Below, in pieces: positions 43,103-55,879 of a DNA stretch of 64,000 bases. Both the position numbers and the translations under genes were made by a program. Position 1 is the first letter of the stretch. The number at the start of each line of letters is the position of its first letter. The notes beneath the pieces were generated by a model. That model did not search any database, was not told where the DNA came from, and saw only the letters and a program-made list of their open reading frames with translations. Source of the stretch: Octopus vulgaris (lineage: Eukaryota); the NCBI GenBank assembly GCA_951406725.2, contig OX597814.1:176328001-176392000 (forward strand), in the 5' to 3' direction.

Positions 43103-43660
43103 TCCTTAGAGTTGCATGATATAACAATAATACTGTTCATTTTTACGCATATATCAGTTCAATTGCCCGGGATGGTCTGGGCAATTTATCAGAATGATCG
43201 TCAGGGTAACAAACCTGCTGCTTTGGAATACTAATGTGGGAAATCAATGGGGAAACTGGAGTCGATGGACTTTAAGGAATACTGCGTGGAAGTGGATCTA
43301 GGATGTTGTGAGAATGTGGGAAACGGGAGGGCGGGTCGGCGAAGGTGAAGACATGATGTGCATTAAGGAGTTCAATTGACTTCAAATGACCACGGTTGTT
43401 AGCTGGTTTATATTAATGGTAAAAGATCTTTTGAATAACCCCGGTGTAATTAGAGATTCCAGAGGGATGAGAAACAGAGGGAAGGGGAGAGAGAGAGAGA
43501 GATAGGAGAGAGGAAGAGAGAAATGAGAGAGAGGAATAATTAAGTTTTTCTTCTGTTGTTAATTGCAATGCAGCGAAAAATATAACCAATAATTTTAAAT
43601 TGACCGAAATTACATTTATTCAAATCTAATTACAGAGCTTCTCACTCTCGATCCTTAGTT

Positions 43661-43693
<33 letters not shown>

Positions 43694-43814
43694 TTATGTA
43701 TGTATATATATATATATATATATATATACCAGCTAAGAATCTGAGCCTAAAATTGGTTGGAGACACAAAACAGGTTATAAAAATAAGCTTCTTAGAGCTG
43801 CGACTCCAAGCAAG

Positions 43815-44175
43815 ATCCCACTGCGTGGCATCTTGAGCAACTGTCTTCTACTATAGCTTCGGGCCGACCAAAGCCTTGTGAGTGGATTTGGTAGATGGAA
43901 ACTGAAAGAAGCCCGTCGTATATATGTTTATATGTGTATGTGTGTGTATATATGTTTGTGTATCTGTGTTTGTCCCCCAACATCGCTTGACAACCGATGC
44001 TGGTGTGTTTACGTCCCCGTAACTTAGCGGTTCGGCAAAAGAGGCCGATAGAATAAGTACTAGGCTTACAAAAGAATAAGTCTTGGGATCGATTTTCTCG
44101 ATGAAAGGCGGTGCTCCGCATAGCCACAGTCAAATGAGCGAAACAAGTAAAAGAGTAAAAAAAGAGTAAAAGAAT
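43815..44175 (+). mobile_element. Group C SINE, 5'-truncated, with (GAGTAAAA)n tail
   Basis: Matches the 60181 copy along its length. Confidence 0.9.
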
Positions 44176-44192
44176 ATGTATATATCCATATA

Positions 44193-44249
<57 letters not shown>

Positions 44250-44308
44250 GTGTGTGTGTATGTATGTATGTATGTATGTATGTATGTATGTATGTATCTA
44301 TGTATATA

Positions 44309-44355
<47 letters not shown>

Positions 44356-44839
44356 GTATATATATATGTATGTATATGTGCGTGTGTGCGTGTGTGTGTG
44401 TGTGTATGTATGTATGTAAAAGGACGGTCCAAAATTAACTTAAAGATCATCCAATAATTCTAAGTAGTGTGGTACATTTATTTTAAGAAGAAAAGTTTGA
44501 CAGTGATTTCGAAGCTGCTTTCGTTATTATTTACGAAAGAAACTGACCCGAGATTTCGAAGTCCCTGTCTGCCTCACAGATTGATTCTTTCTGCATACAC
44601 TTCAAAAATCGTAATTTCTTATAGGTCGAGTTGAAGTTGAGACATTACACATTGTTCCACAATATCGAGAGAAGAAACAAAAGTGTAACGAGTGAATGTA
44701 TGGGAGTACGTTATAGAAGTCGCTTCGAAATTACGCAATTCGGGGTTCTATTCGTAGCAATTGAGCAAATCGTTTCTACAATAGTCTTCAGTTGAGCAAT
44801 GTCCCGTGGGTAGAATTTAAGCGGAAGGTTATGTGTGGT

Positions 44840-46180
44840 GGGCGGCAAGCTGGCAGAACCTTTAGCACGCCGGGCGAAATGCTTAGCGGTATTTCGTCTG
44901 TCGTTACGCTCTGTGTTCAAATTCCTCCGAGGTCGACTTTGCCTTTCATCCGTGCCGGGGTCGATATAATCGACTTAATCCGTTTGTCTGTCCTTGTTTA
45001 GCCCCTTGTGGGTAGTAAAGAAATAGGTATTTTGTCTGCCGTTACGTTCTGAGTTCAAATTCCGCCGAGGTCGACTTTGCCTTTCATCCATTCGGGGTCG
45101 ATAAATTAAGTACCAGTTACGCACTTGGGACGATGTAATCGACTTAATCCGTTTGTCTGTCCTTGTTTGTCCCCTCTATGTTTAGCTCCTTGTGGGTAAT
45201 AAAGAAACAGCTATTTCGTCTGTCTTTACGTCCTGAGTTCAAATTCTCCCGAGATCAACTTTCATCCTTTCGGGGTCGATAAATTAAGTACTAGTTTTAT
45301 ACTGAGGTCGATGTAATCGACTGGCCTCTTTCCCCAAAGTTTCGGGTTTTCTGCCTAGAGTAGAAAAGTATCGTTTATGTGTAAACATATGAGCAAATAT
45401 TGCTTATTGTCTTGTTTTTGTTTTGTTTTTTCTTATCTTTTCGTCAGTAGGGAAGGTAGTACCGTTGGCACATTACTTGGTCTCTAAGACCAGTGAGAAG
45501 GAGAGAAGTATCCTCAGGTCGGAGACCTGATCAGAATGCTTGTAACAGAGAGGATTTAACCGAAAGCTTGCAGCAAAGTACTTTTAGCAGAGTCCACTCT
45601 ATTGCAAGAATTCAGTATTAAACCGGGTGACAGATTAAGTTTATTATTTGGCTATGGTTGAACACACACACACACACACACACACGCATACACTGACAGA
45701 GGCGTAGCTGTGTGGTAAGAAGCTTGCCTAAGGTGGCGAGCTTGCAGAAACGTTAGCACGCCGGGCGAAATGCTTAGACGTATTTCGTCTGTCATTACGT
45801 TCTGAGGTCAAATTCCGCCGAGATCGACTTTGCTATTCATCCTTTCGGGGTCGATTAAATAAATATCAGTTACGCACTGGGGTCGATGTAATCGACTTAA
45901 TTCCTTTCTCTATGTTCGTCCCCTCTGTGTTTAGCCCCCTGTGGGCAATAAAGAAAAATATATTTTACTAACTTAAGGCGGCAGAATCGTTAGCACGCAG
46001 GATAAAACGCTATGCGGGATTTCGTTCGTCTTTTCGTTCTAAGTTCAAATTCAGCCGAGGCCAACTTCATCTTTTCGGGGTCGATAAAATAAGTTCCAGT
46101 TGAGCACTGGGTTCGATGTAATCGACTTAAACTTTTCCCCCGAAATTGCTGGCCTTGTGCCAAAATTTGAAACCAATATG
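44840..46180 (+). mobile_element. Group A SINE trimer (44840-45370) plus two copies (45730-46180)
   Basis: Head-to-tail cores joined at AAAGAAA(T/C)AG|(G/C)TATTT. Confidence 0.9.
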
Positions 46181-46969
46181 ATACTAACCTTGTCATTTAC
46201 TCATCGCTTGATTATTTCTAATTACATTCTTAATGCGCCAAACTGTGTTCACTTCACTAAATATTTTAGCTCTAACTTACATATAACAACTGACACGAAA
46301 TCCTTTATTCGATAACTTATTGCCAATAGCCCATCTATGTACTATGTTCTTTGTCTGTAATAATCTCTGCTCTTTTAATCAGCCATTGCTTGTGAACTAC
46401 CTGCTCCCGAATTAAATCGACCCACTTCTTACATCATTACTCCGAGTCAATGAATCACTGTGGTCGCTCGACTGACATGAAACTGCAATCAATCTCCCTT
46501 AAACCATTCAATAACGTAGTCCTACATGTACCTTAAAAGATTTGGGTGGTCTTAGCTGGAATACTTTTGATTATTTGTCAGCAGCGAACTACCTGCACCT
46601 GAAAGAAATGGATGCATCATTTCACTTCTCACATCATCACTCGGAGTCAACGAGTCAGCCTGCTGTCGCTTGTCCCTTGCTATAAACTATAGCCTAAATC
46701 TTTACACTACTAACTTAAGAAAGGAAAGACATTTAATGACGTAGTCCTACGTGCACTCCTGAATGCCTTTGATCGTAAGCCTGCTCGTTTAGGGATGACC
46801 TGGGGCTAAACAACAATCAGAACAGTGTCTTTCATGTATTATATTTCCAGACGGTGAACTAAACGTTTTTCTCGGTTTCTCCCCTCTATAGCAGCAATCC
46901 TCTCTAGAACAATTTTTCTTCTAAAAAAAAATATCAGTAAAAGTTCCAGAGGAAAATCATCTGCAGTGT

Positions 46970-47272
46970 CTGGGGAGAGTCATTTTCTTTTTGTGCCTTA
47001 TAATGTAACATACTCACCGGTAAAATTTCCCCTTATTTCTTATTTTTATTTTCTTAAAATTTTCGTTGTGTCTTGCAATCTTTTCAATAGCCTTGTGTCA
47101 AGACTATTAAAAAGGTTGCAAGACGCAACGAAAATTTTAGGAAAATATAAATAAGAAATAAGTGGAAATTTTAAGGCACAAAAAGAAAGTGACTCTCCCC
47201 AGACACAACAGAATATGCTTCAACACACGAACTCATATAAAGAATCTTGCAAACCAAATGGAAAGACGAAAT
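46970..47272. mobile_element. Fold-back insertion with a 14-bp TSD, probably Penelope-derived
   Basis: ATCATCTGCAGTGT at 46956-46969 and 47273-47286; inverted arms ~46966-47086 and ~47101-47206; hammerhead-like motif in the arms. Confidence 0.75.
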
Positions 47273-48012
47273 ATCATCTGCAGTGTTCTAATCAATCTCT
47301 CAGGTCTGTGATATGCAAATGTCTACAGGAACTGCATCGCTTTTTTCGTACCATATAATTGCTTCTAACACAGACTCTTGTACTTTATTTTATCGACCAT
47401 AAGGGGATTAAAAGACAAAGCTGACCTCAATGGAAACTGAACTCAGAGCATAAAAAGCCGAAATAAATACCGCAAGGCATTTTATCCGACTCTCTGACGA
47501 TTCTGCTATTCCACCCTCCGAAGCGGTATAACGTACGATAAAAGAGATAAATGATGTTTATGAAACAAACAGTAATATAGTTAACCAACAGTTGATTTCT
47601 CGCTTCTGTACACACGACATAAACTTTTTATTGAGGCTTCTTTAGACTGAGATAAAAATTAAAAACAAAAAACTGAAGCCTGTCTCAAATTGACAGGGAT
47701 AAGCTCAGATTACACCGGAGCTTATTCTAGTTCCCGTCGCATTTAAGCAACTGTCAGCACAAGACTTCTTTCAGACAATGATGCTAGTTCGTCGCGAAGT
47801 TAATCTGTCAGCACTGATATTCATTTTTAGTTGAGTGAACTGCAGCAATGTAAAATAAGTTCCTTGCACAAGGACACAGCGTGCTGCCGAGCCCATAAAA
47901 CAGGATTTTGTGACGTTCATAACTTACCGAATGACATTCAGCAGTTTCTATTATCACCTAAAATCGAAACTGGATTTTTCTTTGATTTAATTAATCACCT
48001 TTTTAATTATAA

Positions 48013-48402
48013 CTAGCAGTATCGCCCGTCGTTGCTCGGGTTTGTTTCGACCCTTTAGAATTGGAAGTTTTGAAAAGTAAAATTTTTGCATTTTGTAGTT
48101 TGTTGTTCTCTTTAAGTGAACATTTTTCTGGTTGAAATACACCGAAAAATGGCGACACAGCAGTCAAAAAATCGTAAAAAAATAGGGATTTTCATAGAAA
48201 AAAAGCACCTTTTTGATGTAAATAATTTTTGGTGTTAACATGGTCCGATTTGAATTTTTTCTTCTACGGAAGGAAGAGCAAGCCTTCTTCTATCATACTC
48301 TCAATTTTGGTCAACTTGCGCCGCAGATCTCGGAGGAAACAGTGTTAGTTGAAGGCTATCAAACCTGACATACACAGACAACTTCAGCTTTATACATAGA
48401 GA
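48013..48402 (-). mobile_element. Non-autonomous Helitron (390 bp)
   Basis: Minus strand starts A^TC(TCTATGTATAAAG), ends with a GC hairpin CCCGAGCAACGACGGG about 12 nt before the terminal CTAG^T; no TSD. Confidence 0.85.
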
Positions 48403-49026
48403 TTAGTAAACAATAATATTGTTTATTACATGCTTCCAAATGATTACTGCCTTTCTGGCGGTCAGATTAACAGGAGTACCTATAATTTGCAGCTGAGCAA
48501 ATATCGCAGGGAACTTCGCTCACGAAGCACTGGTTTTTCGGTTTTCTCACCGATGTTTACATCGTTCGCTGATATATGTGCGTGTCTCCACAGCACTCAG
48601 GCTAGAGATGATAAGAGAATATACGACAGACTTCCGCACGATTTCCATCTCGTAAGGCATTAATCAACTCGAGAAAATGGCAGCCGTTTGTCTCGAAGGT
48701 ACTGTGTAATAAAATGAAGCCCTGTAATAACTTGGTTACCACCCGAACTTCTTAGCCACGCGGCTATACCGCTTAGTCTTCTACGCTCTGCTCATTATGG
48801 TTTAATAGCGCTGAACTTAATGCTTTTGAAGAGCATCTTGGGATAAAATAAAAGCATAAACAAATAGCAATTAAAATAATCATTCCGACTCCATTAATGA
48901 CGCTAACACCAAGGAAGACATTTTAGATTTAGAATTAGAATAGATAATGACCTCACGCACATTTTCAGATAACTGATTGTGGAAAAGGAGACAGTTTAAA
49001 TACTAACCACACAACTCACTATTTCC

Positions 49027-49099
<73 letters not shown>

Positions 49100-49394
49100 T
49101 CTCTCTCTCCCTCTCTTTCTCTCCTTCTCTATCAAAACTAATCCACGTATTCCTCTATTTTCTATAAGCTTTCCTCAATCCAACAACTAAAATCCACAAA
49201 GAAGTGGTTATATTTCGAACATTTGTTTGATAAAATCTTTATTCTTTTTCAAATTTTGTTTTCAGCAACAGTGTGTTTTTTTATTCTCGTTTTTTTTTGT
49301 TGTTATTATTGTTACTATCAGTTATTATTTATTTGTTTTCTTTTTCCAATGTGTGTGTGTGGTTTGTGGTTTTATTATTATTATCGTTAATAAC

Positions 49395-50059
49395 AAGGCG
49401 GCGAGAGGGCAGAATTTTTACTGCGCCATACAAAATGCTTAGCGCTATTTCTTCCGACCGACCTTACGCCAAGGTCGACTTTGCCGTTCATTCTTTCGGA
49501 GTCGATAAAATAAGTACCAGATAAACACTAGGGTCGATGTAACCGACTTGCCCCTCCCCATATTCCTGGCCTCGTGCCAGAATTGGAAACAGTTATTATT
49601 ATTGTTGTTGCTGTTATTCTTGTTGTTGATCATCTCTGGAACTAAGGCAGCGAGCTGGCAGAAACGTTAGCACGCCGGGCGTATTTCGTCTGCCGTTACG
49701 TTCTGAGTTCAAATCCCGCCGAGGTCGACTTTGCCTTTCATCTTTTCGGGCTCGATAAATTAAGTACCAGATACGCACTGGGGTCGATATAATCGACTTA
49801 ATCCGTCTGTCTGTCCTTGTTTGTCTCCTTTGTGTTTAGCCCCTTGTGCGTATTAAAGAAATAGTTATTTCTTCCGACCTTACGCCAAGGTCGACTTTGC
49901 CGTTCATTCTTTTGGGGTCGATAAAATAAGTACCAGATAAACATTAGGGTCGATGTAACCGACTTGCCTCTCCCCATATTCCTGGCCTCGTGCAAGAATT
50001 GAAAACAATTATTATTATTGTTGTTGCTGTTATTCTTGTTGTTGATTATCTCCGGAACT
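49395..50059 (+). mobile_element. Group A SINE (49643-49866) between two copies of a ~195-bp duplicated segment containing an older SINE
   Basis: 49447-49642 and 49867-50059 are near-identical direct repeats. Confidence 0.85.
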
Positions 50060-50508
50060 GGATGTGTTTCGGAAAATCCGTGTGTTTGTGCCTTTTTTTT
50101 TCTTTTTAGAAGTCTTTTTTTGTTGATTTTATAGTTGATCAGAACCATAAGTAGCTGATCGACTATTTTTGTTACTTGCCCTACGGAGCAAAATTTTAGA
50201 AGGAAATTTTTGAAACATGAAAGAATTTTCAAAATGGCGTCGTCTTCGTCGTCCACTCAGCAAGAGAGGAAGTTGGGCGAAGGTTTTGAAAGGTTAAACT
50301 ATCTTTTGCATTCATTTTCTACTATACAATACTACAGATGTAGTAGTAACTAAAAACGTATTATTTGCGTTGTATCAGTAGCAACAATAACAACAACATC
50401 GACTATAAGAGGTAGCAACAAGAAAAAAGATATGTCAAACAAAATTTAAGAAAGAAAAGTAGTAAAAAAGAGTTGGAGTACAAGTAATAACGTAAGAAAG
50501 AGAAAAAT

Positions 50509-51230
<722 letters not shown>

Positions 51231-51289
51231 ATGGAGAGCAAGGCAAATTAAGCGTTCAGCGAAAGGCCTTCTCGAGATTCATATAAAAA

Positions 51290-51535
51290 ATATGGGCGAC
51301 ATCATTGTCAGATTTGAGGTGAACGGAGTCATGACTAACGAATAAATTTCCTCTCGCGTAGATAGGGGTTAAATGTGCCTGATTGGGCATTCATATATAT
51401 AATGCCGGGATGTAATAGTTTTTCACTGGCTCAGCAAATCAGAGGCATTTAACCCTCTATTGCAAGAGAGGAAATTTATTTTCCAATACTGGACGCATCT
51501 ACTCTAAATCCGACATAATGCCGCCCGAATTTTCC
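51290..51535. repeat. Old fold-back/MITE-like inverted repeat
   Basis: Nested complementary blocks GGGCGACATCATTGTCAGATTT/AAATCCGACATAATGCCGCCC, AATAAATTTCCTCTC/GAGAGGAAATTTATT, GGGTTAAATG/CATTTAACCC. Confidence 0.7.
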
Positions 51536-52104
51536 TCTGCAGGCTCCGTTAAGGTGACAAGGCATTGAACGCATAGTTTACTTTATTCATTCATTTTATT
51601 TTATTCTATTTTTCTTTCCTTCTTTCTTCCTATATTAATTTGCGGAAGGATTTTTTTTTTCTGTATTGCTTTCTATTTAATTACTTTACTACTTCGCTTG
51701 TTCTTCCGATCTTTGTCTCTTTAATATCTTCCTTTCTTTTTTCTTTCTTTCTTACCAATGTTCTTTATCTTTCTCTGGTTCGTCCTGTTTTATTCTATTC
51801 TATTTCCATTGTTCCTTGTACTGTGGCTTTATCGAAAATTAATCACTTTTATTATTTTATACATAAAAAAAAAAGACAGGAGACTTTCCAGAATAGTGCT
51901 CTCCATTAACACAGTATTCACAAACAAGACTTCTTAATACAGCTTTCCTCTGAATCCTTGTAAGAAAAATAAACACGGGATGGAGTGTATCAGCACAATT
52001 AGCGTGGATTCATGGGATGTTTGCATTACCCTAATTAAAGCTGGTGGGGTCTTCTCAGATTGAAATTGACAATTGTAATATTCAGGTTAGTAAATAATAT
52101 CCAG

Positions 52105-52160
<56 letters not shown>

Positions 52161-52185
52161 AAGGAGATGTCGAACACGAGTGGTG

Positions 52186-52408
52186 ATATATAAAAAAGGA
52201 AATTAAGAAAATGCTGACAAATAATTGAAGTAATTTAAGTAATTTAATTAGGTGAAAGTTCTTTTTACCGGTTGCGCATTTGTTATGCTTATCAAAATAT
52301 ATATTTTGATAAGCATAACAAATGCGCAACCGGTAAAAAGAACTTTCACCTAATTAAATTACTTAAATTACTTCAATTATTTGTCAGCATTTTCTTCATT
52401 TCCTTTTT

Positions 52409-52415
<7 letters not shown>
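52186..52415. repeat. 230-bp loopless palindrome (115-bp arms, one mismatch) embedded in (TA)n
   Basis: Centre between 52300 and 52301; the identical peptide MRICYAYQ... appears on both strands in the ORF track. Confidence 0.97.
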
Positions 52416-52456
<41 letters not shown>

Positions 52457-52833
52457 TGTATGTGTGTATGTATATATATATATATATATACATATATATA
52501 TTATATGTATGTATGTATATGTATATATACACACCTACACTCACACACACACATATATATAAAATAATGAAGGCGGCAATATAAAACCAAATAACCAAAT
52601 ATTCAATTGTTACTAATTGTGACTGATGGTGCACCTACATTCCTAGAAATAAAAATTAAAGACCCTTAGAGATGCAAAAAAACACATGTCTATACACTGA
52701 AAGGGGAGATGACCGCCCCTGCAGCGAGCGAGCTGAATTTCCGACTCGAATAGTGCAAACCACTTCAAATCATTGTTTTAGTGTCCCTGTGAATGGAGTT
52801 AGGACTGGCTTGCTTGCACTGGTATTGAGTCAT

Positions 52834-53163
52834 TAAAAAAAAGACTCCGCCGGTTACGACGACGAGGGTCCCAGCTGATACGATCAACGGAACAGCTTGC
52901 TCGTGAAATTAACGTGCAAATGGCTGAGCATTCCACAGACACGTGTACCCTTAACGTAGTTCTCGGGGATAATCAGCGTGACACAGAGAGTGACAAGGCT
53001 GACCCTTTGAAATACAAGTACAACTCATTTTTGCCAGCTGAGTGGACTGGAGCAACGTGAAATAAAGTGTCTTGCTCAAGGACACAACGCGCCGCCGGGA
53101 ATCGAACTCACAACTTTACGATCATGAGCCGAATGCCCTAACCACTAAGCCACGCGCCTTCAC
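52834..53163 (-). mobile_element. Group B SINE (head 2, tail 2) with an 11-bp TSD and oligo(T) end
   Basis: TATTGAGTCAT at 52823-52833 and 53164-53174. Confidence 0.92.
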
Positions 53164-53179
53164 TATTGAGTCATATGAT

Positions 53180-53443
53180 GTATAATAATGAAGTTGTACT
53201 AAGTAATGATATTTACAACGCATTTAAGACGCACGCTTCAGATAACTACGAAATGGATAAACAGGAATTTCCTCTCTTACGCAAAATCTTCATCAGTTAA
53301 AACATTTAAACAATTTTTTGTTTTAACTAAGGAGGATTTTTCGTAAGAAATGGAGTTCCCTTCTTATCAATTGTGCAATTATCTGAGACGCACATATTAA
53401 ATGCATCTAAACTATCATTACTTAGGTTGCCTTCATTATTATA
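53180..53443. repeat. Diverged palindrome with ~125-bp arms (old fold-back element)
   Basis: TATAATAATGAAG...CTAAGTAATGATA...GCATTTAA...TCAGATAA...TCTTACG...AGTTAAAACA mirrored on the right. Confidence 0.85.
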
Positions 53444-54400
53444 TGTCTATTTATGTGTATGTATGTATGTGTAGATATAAGTAAAAGCATACGTTACAGT
53501 CGATCTTACCAATCGGTTTTGCCTCGGATATTAGATAATCGGATGATTATCGTGTACACACGCTCTTCGGGAAACTGTTGAAAAGAAAATCTGTTATTGG
53601 AAGTAAGGAAATATCACATCCGGTTTATATGTGCTGTGAAAAAAGTCGAAACGAAGTCACACGAGAGAATCAAGAGCTACTTCCACACGTTTGACTGCTC
53701 GCTGCAGTCCTTTGACGTCACCTCTGCCTCATACACGACGGTCTTTGCGTTGCAGTGGCCGCTGAGGAGATATGTGGTATTACCTCAGCATGAGCATCTT
53801 GCCTCAGTCTCAGGTATAGACCTACTCACTATTTTCACTATACTCACATACATACAAATACACACGTATTTACTTATATACATGTATGGATTTTGTTCCA
53901 TATAATTATATATGTGTGTGTGTGCGTTATTGCGCATGCGCTCTAACAGAGAAAGAGAGGGGGAGAGATGGAGAGAGAGACGCATAGAGAATTGGCATTA
54001 AGATTGAGAGAAGCAATTGTAAATATCCCATCAAAACCATTTTGACATGTATATCGTATTAACACCGAATCGGAAACCTCAAACCCTTCAACTCACCAAA
54101 ACCACCCCCACTTTTGTAGATTCCTTTCGGTAATAAAACAGACAGATTTGGCCAGGAAATCTCGCCCCTGTTCTTTCACATTAGACAAATATCAAACCAC
54201 GTTCTTGCATATGCAAGGGAGACATAAGGTCTTTCATGTTAGATCTATCAGCGCTAATTGATGTTTTATTGACTCTCCGTTGGACTTTTTCTGATTTAAT
54301 TTTGTCAATGGACATGTGTAGACCAATATCAACACTGCGAATTATATTGATATGGGAAGTCTGACTCACACACACCAATTTGACTTCATGCACCGGTACA

Positions 54401-54401
54401 T

Positions 54402-54433
<32 letters not shown>

Positions 54434-54520
54434 TGTTGTTGTTGTTGTTGTTGTTGTTGTAGTTGTAGTAGTAGTAGTAGTTGTTGTTGTTGTTGTTGTT
54501 GTAGTTGTAGCAGTAATTGT

Positions 54521-54574
<54 letters not shown>

Positions 54575-54604
54575 TGTTGTTGTTGTTGTTGTTGCTGTAG
54601 TTGT

Positions 54605-54636
<32 letters not shown>

Positions 54637-54754
54637 TAGTAGTAGTTGTTGTTGTTGTTGTTGTTGTTGTTGTAGCAGTAGTTGTAGTAGTAGTAGTTGT
54701 TGTTGTTGTTGTAGTTGTAGCAGTAGTTGTAGCAGTAGTTGTAGCAGTAGTAGC

Positions 54755-54793
<39 letters not shown>

Positions 54794-54837
54794 TGTTGTT
54801 GTTGTTGTTGTAGTTGTAGTTGTAGTAGTAGTAGTAA

Positions 54838-54899
<62 letters not shown>

Positions 54900-54941
54900 G
54901 CGGCGGCGGCGGTGTTGTTGGTGGTGGTGGTGGTGGTGGTG

Positions 54942-55005
<64 letters not shown>

Positions 55006-55131
55006 CAGCAGCAGCAATGGTGATGGCGGCAGCGGTGGCAACAGCGACAGTGGAGTGGCGGTAGCGGCGACAGCGGAGCGGTGGAAGCGGCGACAGTGGA
55101 GCGGCGGAAGTGGCGACAGTGGAGCGGCGGC
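54401..55131. repeat. Compound trinucleotide repeat (GTA/GTT/GCA/GGT/GGC) grading into GC-rich ~21-bp units
   Basis: Directly visible. Confidence 0.95.
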
Positions 55132-55879
55132 AGAGGGATATTTTGCTATTATTTCTAACCGGTGGGTTGATGTATCTTCATATTTGCAAGAGCCAATATA
55201 TTAGTGTTTATGCTTTTGTGTGTATGTGTATGTGTGTATGTGTATGTGTATGTGTGTATGTGTATGTGTATGTGTGTATGTGTATGTGTATTGTCTAAGT
55301 TTGCAAGCATGTGTATTTGTTTGTATGTGTGCTTGTGGTTTTTCTACGTTAGTTATGTGCTTGTTAGTGTACGTATTTATGTGTTTGCTTGTGTTTCTGT
55401 GCGTATATGTGTGTGTTATCTATGTGTGCACGTATGTCTGTGCATATGTTTGTCTGTGTGCGTGTGTATTTATATGTGTACGCATGTGTGTGTGTGTGCG
55501 CGCCGTATGCGTCTTCATCATATGTGTATGTTGTGTATATGCGCCATGTGTGTGTATATGTGTTCATGAGCATGTGTGTGTATATGTGTTTGTCTATGTT
55601 TGTATGTGTACGTGCGAGTGTATGTGGGTTGGTCAAATGTTTGCGCATGTGTGTGTGTGCGTGTTTGCATGTATGAGTGTTTGTGTTTGTATGCGCATGC
55701 GTGTGTATATATCAATTTATGAATGATTGTACATGGATGACCCCATGCGAACGTGTCTAAGTGCCGAGGTGAATCAAAGTAACATTGCATTTAATTACGA
55801 GTATCTATGCGATTTACTGATTCGAGTGTGTATGCGTACATGTATACATGTGTGTGCATGTGTAGCTGTGTATCTGTTT

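Noticed and set aside
54181-55204. Poly-Q/L or poly-S/C proteins
   Set aside because: Translations of a compound trinucleotide microsatellite; the adjoining EKVQRRVNK (54250-54300, minus) is at most a CR1-like trace
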